64,000 bases of DNA, from assembly GCA_000091205.1 (NCBI GenBank), contig AP006498.2; one strand, 5' to 3'. Origin of the DNA: Cyanidioschyzon merolae. Its lineage: Eukaryota. A program made the translations under genes and the position numbers. Positions 10,595-21,000 of this stretch are shown in pieces (positions within the stretch are counted from its first letter, which is position 1; each line of letters opens with the position of its first letter). The notes below the pieces were generated by a model that saw only the letters and a list, made by a program, of their open reading frames with translations, was not told where the DNA came from and did no database searches.

Positions 10595-10690
10595 ATGAGA
10601 AGGTCATGGGTTCAATTCCCATCGAAGGCTCAGGACGCACAAAACGTGCTCCAGGCCTTCGTAGCTTAGTGGTAGAGCATCTCACTAGTA
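10595..10690 (+). tRNA. Circularly permuted tRNA-Thr (anticodon AGU). The 3' half (positions 38-73) is at 10595..10630, a 24-nt intervening sequence is at 10631..10654, and the 5' half (positions 1-37) is at 10655..10690.
   Basis: 3' half: A38, TGAGA (39-43), AGGTC (variable loop), ATGGG-TTCAATT-CCCAT (T arm), CGAAGGC (66-72), U73. 5' half: GCCTTCG (1-7), TA, GCTT-AGTGGTA-GAGC (D arm), A26, TCTCA (27-31), C-T-AGT-A (32-37). The acceptor stem pairs 7/7 and the anticodon stem 5/5 across the two halves. The T stem pairs 5/5. The anticodon loop CUAGUAA is identical to yeast tRNA-Thr(AGU). The gene is followed directly by TTTTTTT at 10694. Confidence 0.8.
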
Positions 10691-10693
10691 CCT

Positions 10694-10712
10694 ATTTTTT
10701 TCTCGGTTTTTT
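10694..10712 (+). terminator. Pol III-type oligo-T terminator (TTTTTTT then TTTTTT) immediately after the 5' half of the permuted tRNA.
   Basis: cc-ta-ttttttt-ctcgg-tttttt directly 3' of position 37 of the tRNA. Confidence 0.6.
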
Positions 10713-10727
10713 GGTCATCTCGACAAA

Positions 10728-11576
10728 ATGGTGTCAGAGTATACTACAAACGTTTTAGACTTAGTGTCTAGAACAAAAACACTCCAGGAGGCTGTGGAAG
10801 AGCTCGTTTCACACATCCACGGTGCGGCGCTCGCGCAAGCGCTGCACAGCTGGAGTCTGGACTTGGGAGCAGCGTCTCAAAACGCTACCGCAACACGAGA
10901 GCGAGCAATAGCCGCACTATGTAGCTGGCAAGTGCTCGACGCCCTCGACGCGGGAACCGCTCCAGCCGGCTGTGTGATATTTCGCGACATCACCGAAGCC
11001 GAGGCGCACCAGCTCCGGGAGCGATTCCTTAGCATAGGCTGGGCAGCGGAAGAGCCAGAACCAACAGTGAACGGCGCCCGGGTTCCTGAATCGCAAGATA
11101 CAGGCTCCAGCGAGCCGTCTGGGTTCTCTCTGCGCGCACTGAAGCCCAGTGACTCCGCTCACTTCGGAAAAGTCTTTCAGTTGCAGGATGCGACCGTCGC
11201 GACGGAGTACATCGACGACGAAGAGCTTATATCAAGCACCGAGCTTTCCGGGGCACAGAACTCCGAGCAAGCGAACGGAAAGACTTCTGGCTGTGGGACA
11301 TCCGGAGTGGCTTTGGCCAATCGCCAGCCATGTGCAAACTGCACATGTGGACGGCGAGACCAGCAAGATGCCGCAGTGAACGGTGGTTCTTTTTCAGAGA
11401 ATACCGCAAAGAGTGACCCAGCAGGGAAGACGCCAACTATGGAGACTGGCTCCTGTAACAGTTGTCATCTCGGAGATGCCTTTCGCTGCGCGAGCTGCCC
11501 CTACCTCGGCTTGCCGCCCTTCAAGCCTGGTGCCCCGCTCAAAATCGACGCCAAGCTTCTCGAAGGAGACCTCTGA
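10728..11576 (+). CDS. DRE2: Anamorsin/Dre2 (CIAPIN1) Fe-S cluster assembly protein.
   Basis: The C-terminal CIAPIN1 twin-cysteine motifs CANCTCG ... [28 protein letters not shown] are almost identical to the family consensus [28 protein letters not shown]. Confidence 0.8.
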   Translation: MVSEYTTNVLDLVSRTKTLQEAVEELVSHIHGAALAQALHSWSLDLGAASQNATATRERAIAALCSWQVLDALDAGTAPAGCVIFRDITEAEAHQLRERFLSIGWAAEEPEPTVNGARVPESQDTGSSEPSGFSLRALKPSDSAHFGKVFQLQDATVATEYIDDEELISSTELSGAQNSEQANGKTSGCGTSGVALANRQPCANCTCGRRDQQDAAVNGGSFSENTAKSDPAGKTPTMETGSCNSCHLGDAFRCASCPYLGLPPFKPGAPLKIDAKLLEGDL

Positions 11577-12140
11577 AGCACCGTGTTCTGGATCACGCAG
11601 TAACAAGCCGTGTCCGTTTTTCGGTAAAGCACCAAAAGATATGTAAATCGGTGAGATTGGTGCCGCATAGCGTTTACGCGCGTGACGCTGCCTTTGAGGA
11701 GCATTCGGCCATGCCGCGCGTGGCGTAGGAATAGATCGCCACGAGTGAAAGCTGCCCGCAAGCCTCCCGAAACCTCACGCATAGGCAAATGAGGATACAA
11801 CGTGTTCGAGAATGCGTAGACGTAGCGCAGCAGGTCGCGCAAAGAAACCAGCATTCGCATCGCCTTGCAGCGTGATGCGCAACGTTCCCCCGTCGTTGCA
11901 CGCTGCCTCGTGCATTGGAAGCAGAGGAATCCCAGTGGCTGCATATCACTTGGTTGCTGTGTGAAGCGTTCTACAAAGCATGCGTTGCGCCTGCGTTGCT
12001 AAACATAATCCATAGTCGAGGCGCTTCGCTGTACACAGCAGAGAGTGATAAGAAAACACGACTCTGCGCCTTAGTTGAATCAAACATGGTACAGACAGAC
12101 TGGAGTGCCACGCGCGCGCAGTTTCCATGTGCAATGGATT

Positions 12141-13658
12141 CTAGGCCCGTAGACGGTACAGCGTTGCCTCCGAACTGGCGTCGCCCTCGTCATAAATGTC
12201 TGGAATACCATAAATCACGTCGAAAAGATCACGAACATGCATTTCTATGCTATGGACAAGGAGCGCGACGGCTTCATCACGGATGCCGGTAACAGCGTTG
12301 CGTGATGCGGACCGCGGCATCCCGTTAAACCCGAGTGGTACGCACTCGTACCCAAGCCAGACTTCGTTTCCCGTATTTGTGCTAGACATCTGCTCCACAG
12401 CTTCGAGCAGCTGCACGAGACGTCGCTTAAGTTTCAGGAAAATCTCAATATCCAAGCTGAGGCCTGGTGGAAGCGGCGAGAATGGTAGCGAAGGATACCC
12501 CACGCTACCGGGGTCTCCGCTTCCGTTCCCGCTGCTCCCGAGGCGGGCAGCTCGTCGCAACGGCATGCCCCGTTGCTTCGCCATTGCCACCGTCATTGCG
12601 TTCGCCACGGCCGGTGCGTCGAGGCGCTCCGATCGGCGCAAAAGCTCCCGTTGCCGAAGATCTGCTGTTGCCTGTTGGAATATGGCCTCATCACGATAGG
12701 ACGCGGTGCTCACAGTCCCAGTGGCATTAGATTCGCCTTGCAGACCCTTGCCAAGCGCGCCTCCTGCTTGGCGCTCAGCAACATGAAGGCGGGATCGCCG
12801 GTCCGTAGTAGCGGCATTTGCAGCGGCGCGAGTTCGAACGCGAGGACGAGTGCCCTTTTTGCGTACGGTAGCGACCAGTTCGGTATGGTGCGATGACACC
12901 TCAGCTGTTTCGGCGTCTCCGGCAGCATCAAGGTTTGCCACAGGTGTGGAGCCCTCACTGCGTCGTCGCTTCGCAGGTCGCCGCGCCGTACTTCGGCCGC
13001 GATGCTCCGCTCGGGCGAGTTGCTCGGCCTCTAAACTGCTGAAGGGTTTCAGCTGCAATAGATACTGCTGTCGCTGCCGCGATGATCGGTTGTGCTCCCA
13101 TACATTCGGCAGCGGCGGCACATTTGTATGTGCTCCGTGTAGGGCGCGGCTCTGCAGGTCACGCAGGAACATGTTATGCTCACGCAGTTCACTTGTCGAG
13201 AAGATTCCCTGAAGCGCATCTTGCAACTCCATCTTCGTAAGCTGCGCTTTGAAGAAGCCTCGAAGAAGCTGAAAATACTTCATTTCTTGGTCTGGTGCGA
13301 GTTCGAATCCGACGACCTTGAGGCGCTGCCGAAAACTCCCCATCGAGGACGCCCCTTGCATTCTGTTTCCCAGTGATGCATTTGGACTGCTGTCAGCGCG
13401 TGCACCGCCAGGCTCCGCTTCATGACCAGTGCTGGACATGCGCTGCTGGGAGTGCATGCCAATCCAGTGCGCATCAGTGGATACAGGGCCCTGCTCGGCT
13501 GGCGCATCGACGGTATCCATTGCTGGTGCGATACCCTGAGCAGCATGAGAAGCTTTTCCATGTCGTCCCGGGGGTGTCCCGTTCTGCTTCGAAACCATAT
13601 ATGCGATAGGTGGCCCTGCAACTCCATCGGTATCGGTAGCCGTTTCGAGTTTGGGCAT
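12141..13658 (-). CDS. Hypothetical nuclear protein, possibly a transcriptional adaptor 1 (SAGA-Tad1 domain) homolog.
   Basis: 505-aa ORF. The segment MKYFQLLRGFFKAQLTKMELQDALQGIFSTSELREHNMFLRDL resembles the Tad1 motif (KYW.L...F..GKLSR.ELD......L.....LHN.LI..IL). The rest is low-complexity. Confidence 0.4.
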   Translation of the reverse strand: MPKLETATDTDGVAGPPIAYMVSKQNGTPPGRHGKASHAAQGIAPAMDTVDAPAEQGPVSTDAHWIGMHSQQRMSSTGHEAEPGGARADSSPNASLGNRMQGASSMGSFRQRLKVVGFELAPDQEMKYFQLLRGFFKAQLTKMELQDALQGIFSTSELREHNMFLRDLQSRALHGAHTNVPPLPNVWEHNRSSRQRQQYLLQLKPFSSLEAEQLARAEHRGRSTARRPAKRRRSEGSTPVANLDAAGDAETAEVSSHHTELVATVRKKGTRPRVRTRAAANAATTDRRSRLHVAERQAGGALGKGLQGESNATGTVSTASYRDEAIFQQATADLRQRELLRRSERLDAPAVANAMTVAMAKQRGMPLRRAARLGSSGNGSGDPGSVGYPSLPFSPLPPGLSLDIEIFLKLKRRLVQLLEAVEQMSSTNTGNEVWLGYECVPLGFNGMPRSASRNAVTGIRDEAVALLVHSIEMHVRDLFDVIYGIPDIYDEGDASSEATLYRLRA

Positions 13659-14282
13659 CTCACACGGGAGCGTGTGCCGCGCGGAACGCCAGCCCTCACC
13701 GCCCCTGACCCGCCAGCGGGTTCCGTAACCTTCACCTGCTGTGAACGCTTCTCGAAACCGTCTTTACGACGAGCGCTCAGGGCAAAACGCAACAACTGGC
13801 CTGCTGCGAGCCCAGGTGCTCCCGCGCGACGGACCGGCGCAAGTCCGAGAAACGAACCTTGCCAGACAACCCGTCTGCCTCCTTCAACTGGGGCTTCGGG
13901 AGCCCACAACCCACCCGCCGACCTCAGAAACACTCCGGTCAGCAGCCCCCGAGGAGAGAGCGCTCTTTCGGCACGCAACGCGCTAGTCCTTTAGAGCACC
14001 TGTACTGGCGGGTTTGGCGGAGTACCCACCTCCGCCCTCGGTCACGTGACACGAGCCGCCGCGTCCACCGCCGCGGTATGCGCCTCCGGGCGCGCACGCG
14101 ACGCTGCGCGATGGCGCATCGCAGGCTGAAGAACGGTACACGCTTCGGATTGACGGCTTCGTAGCGTGCAGCGACTCCTGGCCAGCTTTGGCGTGTGCTT
14201 GGTGCTGCTGGTACAGCTGAGACGCCCTGTGGTAACAGAATTTTGTGCTGTATTGGTGATCATATAGGCAGGCTGTGGTAGC

Positions 14283-14921
14283 ATGCGTCACAACAACGCG
14301 ATACCGGCCAATCGGTTCCGGAAACACTGGCAGGAGCGCATCCGCACGTGGTTCGATCAGCCGGGGCGGAAGAAGCGACGAAGGCTGGCGCGGGCGCGCA
14401 AAGCGGAGAAACTAGGCAAGCGGCCGCTCGCTGGTCCGCTGCGTCCGGTGGTGCACTGCCCAACGCAACGGTACAACTGGCGCGTGCGTTGTGGTCGGGG
14501 GTTTACATTAGAAGAGCTACGCGCGGCGGGTATATCACCCAAGTTAGCACCGACGATAGGTATAGCCGTTGATCATCGACGGCGCAACAGGAGTGATGAG
14601 TCGCTTCAGTGTAATGTGGCTCGATTGAAGGAGTACATGTCCCGGTTGGTCGTCTTCCCCCGGAAGAAGAACCGCCCACGCAAGGGTGATGAGACGGATC
14701 CAACAATATTAGCCCAGGCGACAACGCTCAAGGATAAGGAAATTATCCCCATTCAAAAGAAACAAGGCGTGTTGTTGGGTACTCGAGCTATTACGGACGA
14801 GGAAAGACAATTCCAAGCGTACCGAGAGCTCCGCAAGTTACGAACACTGCAACGCTACGATGGTATTCGGAAGAAGCGCGCAATGGAAAAAGCTGCGCAA
14901 GAAGAGGAGAAGAAGAAGTAA
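14283..14921 (+). CDS. RPL13: 60S ribosomal protein eL13 (L13e).
   Basis: HWQERIRTWFDQPGRKKRRR ... GPLRPVVHCPTQRYNWRVRCGRGFTLEELRAAGI ... IGIAVDHRRRN ... LKEY ... LVVFPRK matches eL13 (KDWQRRVATWFNQPARK...[29 protein letters not shown]...IGISVDPRRRN). Confidence 0.9.
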   Translation: MRHNNAIPANRFRKHWQERIRTWFDQPGRKKRRRLARARKAEKLGKRPLAGPLRPVVHCPTQRYNWRVRCGRGFTLEELRAAGISPKLAPTIGIAVDHRRRNRSDESLQCNVARLKEYMSRLVVFPRKKNRPRKGDETDPTILAQATTLKDKEIIPIQKKQGVLLGTRAITDEERQFQAYRELRKLRTLQRYDGIRKKRAMEKAAQEEEKKK

Positions 14922-15422
14922 CGTTTTACAGGCGCATTACGTCTACGCTCGAATCCCATTATCAGAAAACTTGAACACCAAACTTTATGGCCATCAACGT
15001 GTATGCGCCAACCTTGTCGTGCACGCGTGCCTCTTGATCGTGCCCTGAGCGTTCGCCAGACCAAAGATATCGAACGGCTGGACGCCCCTTCGAGGCGTTC
15101 AAGGCAGTAAATCCTCTAAAATATCGCCTGTCGTATGTCGTTCGGCTGCTGAGTTTCCCTGTTACCATCGTAAATGGCAAAATCGCACAGCATGTAGTGC
15201 CGAGTCGCAGTCTGCAGTGCACTCTTGATTCTGGATTCCCGTCAGCGGCTATTACGGTTTGCTGGTCTTCTCGTTCATTCTCACAAGTATCAACCTGGCG
15301 CGGTCCAGTCGAAATCGAGTCGTAGACATAGCAAGTGGCGCAGTGGGCAACCTCGTGGCGAACCAGGGCGCACCAAGAGTGCACACCACAACAGATGCGC
15401 GTCTCCAACAAAATCGCTCGCC

Positions 15423-15848
15423 TCACCGATACGACTTCTGGAAGCGAGCACGAGCACCACGACCGCCAAACTTTTTCGGCTCGCAGCGCCGCGGATCTGC
15501 AACAAGCAGAGAGCGGTCGTAGCTGACAAGAATGTCTTTGATGGTTCGCTTGCTCGCCTCGTCAACGTACTTTTGGTAGTACGCAACGATTGCCTTCGAA
15601 ATAGCCTGTCGAATAGCATAGATCTGAGAGGTGACTCCTCCGCCCCGCACTCGAACTCGAACGTCCACGTTTGCAAAGGTTTCCTCACCGAGCAAAAGCA
15701 GCGGCTCGAAAACCTTTACACGGAGCAACTCGGGCTCCAGGAGATCCAGTGGAACGCCGTTCACTTTCATAATACCTCGACCTTCTTTGCAGTGAGCAAC
15801 TGCAACCGCGGTCTTTTTCCTGCCAAAAGTCTGGACAGCGTTCACCAT
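15423..15848 (-). CDS. RPS16: 40S ribosomal protein uS9 (S16). The ORF is open upstream to 16001, but homology begins at the internal ATG at 15848.
   Basis: [141 protein letters not shown] is near-identical to eukaryotic RPS16 over its whole length. Confidence 0.88.
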   Translation of the reverse strand: MVNAVQTFGRKKTAVAVAHCKEGRGIMKVNGVPLDLLEPELLRVKVFEPLLLLGEETFANVDVRVRVRGGGVTSQIYAIRQAISKAIVAYYQKYVDEASKRTIKDILVSYDRSLLVADPRRCEPKKFGGRGARARFQKSYR

Positions 15849-16150
15849 GGTGGCAAGTCGTATGTCTGTGCTCGTGGTACCCAAAGAGCCGCGTCTATAG
15901 TACGCAAGTCGTAAGTTGGACGCCTCGCCATCGCGGACTGCGCCGCCGATTGCATCAACCAAATGAGAAACTTTTTTAACTTTACGATCATAATGTGACA
16001 AATTTGAAGGTTGCGCCTAGCGTCCGCCCTGTGCCAAAGCTGGACGCAGCGCGCGGAAGCGGTCAGATGCTATCTGGTTACTGGGGCGCACGCGAGCACC
16101 GGATGGCACCCCTGTAAATGCACGTTCCACACAGAAGCAATCACCAGCGA

Positions 16151-16172
16151 CAGACAGACAGACAGACAGACA
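16151..16172. repeat. (CAGA)n / (GACA)n tetranucleotide microsatellite, about 5.5 units.
   Basis: cagacagacagacagacagaca. Confidence 0.9.
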
Positions 16173-16856
16173 AGTCATCTTCTGTATTAGTGTGCGTGAT
16201 CTTCGGCGCCTGAGACAATCACGCAACGGACCGAGCAAGACGAGCTTCGCGCGTCCCAGTCGCGACAGATGATATCCGACGCACGCGGTTGCGTGATTCT
16301 ATTCGCAGACGTCGCCTTGGACCACTTGGCATCCAATTGCGCTTTCCGGAATCGATAGCCGTCACGAATGATACATGCCTTCTATGACAAGCAGTCTGGA
16401 TTCCTATGTGCAACTGCCTTGCCGGGAGCGCGAGAGAACGCAATCCGCGAATCGCTCGAAATCTAGGGGATGTATTCGTTCTCGATTGCCTTTCGTCGAC
16501 GCCTCTTATATCCACCTGTAGGTTGTATGAGCATTGCCAGAAGTTTTCGGGCTCATGCTCGGTTCGAGTACCGCCCAGGATGCAGACGCAGAAAGCCAAC
16601 CTCGATGCTGAAAATCGGACGTCCGTCCAGGCAAGCCCCTTGCTGTGCGTACAGCCTTGACTCGCATTGTCCCTGATTCTCTGCTGCTGCAACAGCGGCT
16701 CCTCTACCAACTATCGAGTCATAAGCAAAGTGTCCAATTGCTGAGTTTGCTCATGGAAACGCCTCATAGGAAAGCGCCACCGCTGGATATCCCGCAGATG
16801 CGTGTCCAGCACGTATCGATTGCATGCGTGTCGCCGCGTTCTGACACAGCTGCGCG

Positions 16857-17285
16857 TTGGAAACGTTGCTTCTCTTTGGAGCAATGGCTGACGATAACTT
16901 GCCTGATCGTTTCGAGTCCATCGTCTTGCCGGAGGGTGTGAAGAAGCTACGATATGTTCCTGATACGAGGTTACCAAACTGTGCAAGCTTCGTGATTGAG
17001 CGCGAGGACCACACACTTGCGAACGCACTGCGGGCGCAGCTGTTGCGAGACCGGAACGTTCTCTTTGCTGCCTACCGCGTTCCTCATCCGCTTGAACACC
17101 ACGTGATCCTAAAAGTTCAGACTCGAAGATCAGAGTACACGCCGTTGGAAGCCCTGTGTGCGGCGCTTGTTGCGCTCAAGAACGAGATCCACGTCCTCGA
17201 GGACGAGTTCGCCAACGAGCTTCAGAACTGGGCAGCCGTGCGGAAGGCCGGCATAGACGCAGGAAACGCTGCCTGGCGGACATGA
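16857..17285 (+). CDS. RPB11: DNA-directed RNA polymerase II subunit RPB11. The start may be the internal Met at codon 9 (MADDNL).
   Basis: NCASFVIEREDHTLANALRAQLLRDRNVLFAAYRVPHPLEHHVILKVQT matches RPB11 ([49 protein letters not shown]). The HPLEH motif favours RPB11 over AC19 (HPSE). Confidence 0.75.
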   Translation: METLLLFGAMADDNLPDRFESIVLPEGVKKLRYVPDTRLPNCASFVIEREDHTLANALRAQLLRDRNVLFAAYRVPHPLEHHVILKVQTRRSEYTPLEALCAALVALKNEIHVLEDEFANELQNWAAVRKAGIDAGNAAWRT

Positions 17286-17448
17286 AGAGATTTCGGACCT
17301 GTGTCTTTTTGGAGGGTTTCTCTGCTGCCTTTTGAGATAGGTTTCTGTACGGGAAAGCTGGCCACGTTGGCCAAGTGGCGGGCGTGATACGCGCCTACGG
17401 TGGTGAGACGCACTCGCAGCCGCGTCCGATTACAGCAGTGAAGGTCCG

Positions 17449-18030
17449 TCACACCTTTTCGCTTTCGAGGACCTTGTCCAGTAAACGAGCAGCTTCGTTC
17501 TTTGTGAGCAACAGAGCGAGAGCGAAAGCATCAGAGAGAACAAACGACGAATGTCGATGCTGGGTGCCTGAAACGATGACTCTGGCTCCGTGCTCGAGTC
17601 GGTAGTGGCGCATGCAGTGGCATCTTGCGTGTCGGCGATTGTTGTAGCAGTTAACGCCACCGAGAGCACATTCTTCGAAAACCGCTATTGTTCGGCGGGA
17701 TTGGCAGTGAGCCGCTTGGGGACCGACACACAGCCGTTTCGGTGGAGTCTCACGTAAGGAGAGACGGTGTTTGCGACCAGTTTTTGGCAGTCCATGTCTC
17801 TGATAAAACTGAATGACTCCAAGGACGACCAGCTTTCGGTGCTTTGGTCTCAGGCTGGAAACGTCGCCGACTAGCGCTGGCTGTGCGAGGCACTCCGAGC
17901 TGGGGCAGAAAATTAGCCATGCGTCAACATGCGCTCGCAACCATGCACGCCTCAATACCTGATTCGGTTTACAACAACTATAGAGCGCTGGATTCTTCGG
18001 AGCTTGAATTTCCGCTCGAATCGCTCGCAT
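17449..18030 (-). CDS. Hypothetical Cys/His-rich protein. Its 5' end overlaps the stop of the next gene by 53 bp, so the true start may differ.
   Basis: 193-aa ORF with several CxxC-like and C/H clusters (CCKPNQ, FCPSSEC, CHCMRHYRLEH). I do not recognise a family. Confidence 0.35.
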   Translation of the reverse strand: MRAIRAEIQAPKNPALYSCCKPNQVLRRAWLRAHVDAWLIFCPSSECLAQPALVGDVSSLRPKHRKLVVLGVIQFYQRHGLPKTGRKHRLSLRETPPKRLCVGPQAAHCQSRRTIAVFEECALGGVNCYNNRRHARCHCMRHYRLEHGARVIVSGTQHRHSSFVLSDAFALALLLTKNEAARLLDKVLESEKV

Positions 18031-21000
18031 CCGGTGAAGATGAGCTCGTTGTGGACGTACTGGAGGTCGTGTCGGCCACGGAGGCTACCTCTTCATCTGC
18101 TGTCTGCGCCTGTACGTGAACTGGTCGCTCCCGAATGATCCTTCGCAACTTGGAGACTGGTTGCTGCGGCTGCGGCTGCCCAGAGAATGATACCGACTGC
18201 GCAAATGCCATGATAAGCTCGAGGCGGCCTTCGAGGCGGACGAGTGCCTCCCGCAGGCGACGCTGCTCCTCAATGGCGTAATACAGCGCGACCATCGCCT
18301 CGCGAACAGATTGCAAATTCGCACCGTGCTGCGGCAAGCGAGCATCACGCTGACTGAGCAAAAAAGGAGCGTGACATCGAATAACTGCTCGAATCCACAA
18401 TGATAATGCCGGTGCACGAACAGAATGTGAACAAAAACGCGCCACCAACGCTCCAAGTAACGAGAGGATCGCGCGCGCGGGCAGTTTCCGCACAGTGCGA
18501 GATGCGCCAGCTGCGGTCTGGACTGCAGCGAGTGCCCTGTCCAACAACTGGTTATCGTTTGCATCCAACGCTTGAACAATCAAGGTTGCGACGGTGTCCA
18601 CTGCCAGCGGGCGCTCTCCGGAACTCTTGTTGAACAGCTCGGGTGCCGATGCAACACTCGCCTGCTGCTGCACATACGAAAGTTGCTCGGCTAGCGATAA
18701 GAGCTCGTTCCCAGCCATAATGTTCGCAGAAGACGCTGCTGGATCTACGGGCTCTGGCAAGAGCGCGGTTTTCTGGTGCGATGCCGCCTCAACAGCGTTC
18801 AGCTTCATGCCAACATTCGCTGCCGCTCCGTGCTCGTCATTCCCAGGAATCCGCTGTATACTGGTGCATACGCCATCCGCACCATCTGCGACGACGCTGG
18901 AAGTCAGCGACAGGCTCGGCGGCATGGTTTGCGTATCCAGCGCGTGTTTCTTTCGCTCTGAATCCGAAGGTGCCGATGCTTCAACGGGCAGCTGCGCGTA
19001 CCCCAGGATGCCACCCGAGTGATTCGCTCGAGCCCCGTTCAAGACCGGAGTATTTTCGTTGGTATGCACACTGTCGGATGAGATCGGGTTGCTGTTCGCA
19101 CGTGCGACGTTCGACGATCGCTGGTGCTCGACTTTTGATAGCGCATCGTTTTGGAGACTGATGACGGGCGCCGCACCGCTCTCGCTACCGTTCATTGTCG
19201 GCGCGTCCTGCGACCACAGCTTCCGCGGCACAAACACAATTTTTGGTTGCTGAAGGCTTCCGTAAAACAAGGCAAAGCCAAGCTGCTGCTCGCCGGCATT
19301 GTTCACCCAGCGCATAACTGAAGCACCACTAAAGCAAGGCTCCTGTGGCTGCAATATCAACAGCGGATGGAGCACAGTCGAGCGCTTCTCGCCAGCTTTC
19401 ATCGCCGACACCTGGCCAGGTGTTGATAGGCGCTCTTTCACCCCGAATAGCTGTGCACTGCCGTCCCCGAGCACGGCCAGCAGAAACGTTTCGGGGCTGG
19501 CATCCATCGCAATGCGAGCAGAGTCCGCATCGGCGGCGTTTGACGCTCTAGGAGATACCGCATCTCGACCAACTGGGTGCTCATCCAGGGCGTGGTCCGT
19601 CGCTGTACCCGACGAGCAGATACCGTTCGTCGTGCGGGAAGTGTCGGCAGCACGCTTCATCGATGGCAAGCGCGCCTCTGGCGAGTGCTCCGCAGCCACC
19701 AGCTGGACGACTGATGCAGGCGCACTGTTCACCGCATGGCAGAGCACAGAACGCCAGGGCGGGCTCTCGATAAAATTGGCATTTTCTGAGTGAAGAGCCG
19801 AACTATTCTCTTGATCCAGTCTCCAGAGTGAAATCAGAGTATCGCCGAGCGCTGCACTCGCCAGCAGCACAGGTCCTGCGAATGCAAGACAGCATATGGT
19901 ACTCGAGTGCCCCGTGAAGCGCCATATTCGCTCAACTTCTACGTCCCGGGACGCACCGGGCTCCCGTGCGTCCGCACACCATCGCGGAAGCTCGTAAGCG
20001 CTAAGGCACTCACCCGCAGCGACAGCAAGGTAGCGATCTGTGGGGGAAATCGCCAAGGCCTGCAATGAAGTTCCGCGTGTGTGCATGATGCGCAACCTTC
20101 GATGGTGCTGTGTATCACTCCAGCAATAGACGGCATTGCACTGGCCATCCACAGTTCTGTCTGAGGAGCGTCGCACTTGCAATGCCCAAACAATCGGGTC
20201 GCTGTCGCGACATACCGCGTATACATGCTGGAGGCAACCGCCTCGCAAATATTCCTCCTGTCGCGGGGAATGTGCCGATACCACCAAGGATTCGATCCGG
20301 CCTGGCAAGCGGCAGACGTCACAAAGTTCAAGTGTTAGCGCCAAGTCGATCTCGCTTCCTGTCTTCGTTTGACGACGCTGGGAAGCGTTCAAATCTACGC
20401 ATCGACTGATATCAACAGTGAAGAGACGCAGGGCACCGCTCTCGTAGCCGACGACGATCAAGAGCCTCGTACGCGCTTGCGGGTATCCTTGCTCCGGGGC
20501 GGCGGGAAAGCGATTCAGCTGCTCCGCGTTGGCTGCAGGACTTGGGTCTACGACATGACTGCGCTGCCGTTTCGCGGGCTCAAACTCGTTCGACTCGTCA
20601 AAAGAACACTGCAGCGCCGTGATCCTTCCTAAAAACGGCCCCGCACCAAGCTGATTCATTGCCGCTAGCGAGAGATCCGGCGACAGCGACGGATCGTCTC
20701 GCCACTTTCCCACTAAGATGCATCCAGGGCTTTCGGACAGGCTAGCCCCATCCCCGTTGCCTTCAACAGAAGGCACACGATCATGTGCATAGACAATAAG
20801 CCTTCCGTCCGACCAGGCCATGCAGGTGCACGCAGCTGGCCAGTGGGGTATAGACGCTTCCGAGGTCGCTTCGCTCTCGCGTCTTCGCTTCGAGTTCCTC
20901 AAACTCAGGTTTCTCGCGGGCTCCTCAACTGCAGGAGTACGAAGCGCAATAACTTGGACGTACTGACCCTGACGCAGGTTGTTCAAAGTACCGCAAGGCC

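Noticed and set aside
10124-10669. 181-aa ORF on the plus strand overlapping the NOL10 gene and running into the tRNA locus (also 9903..10445 minus, 10111..10488 plus)
   Set aside because: It is an Arg/Ser/Cys-rich alternative-frame ORF typical of GC-rich DNA and lies entirely within or antisense to a well-supported gene. The same reasoning applies to many other overlapping ORFs in the track, for example 4576..4965, 13280..13978, 33848..34474, 34687..35070, 47044..48216, 50513..51154, 55505..56119 and 58744..59355.
17341-17445. tRNA-Ser/Leu-like D-arm motif TGGCCAAGTGGCGGGCG in the RPB11 downstream intergenic region
   Set aside because: No T arm (GTTC...), no complementary acceptor halves and no consistent anticodon stem could be found. 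This is probably chance.
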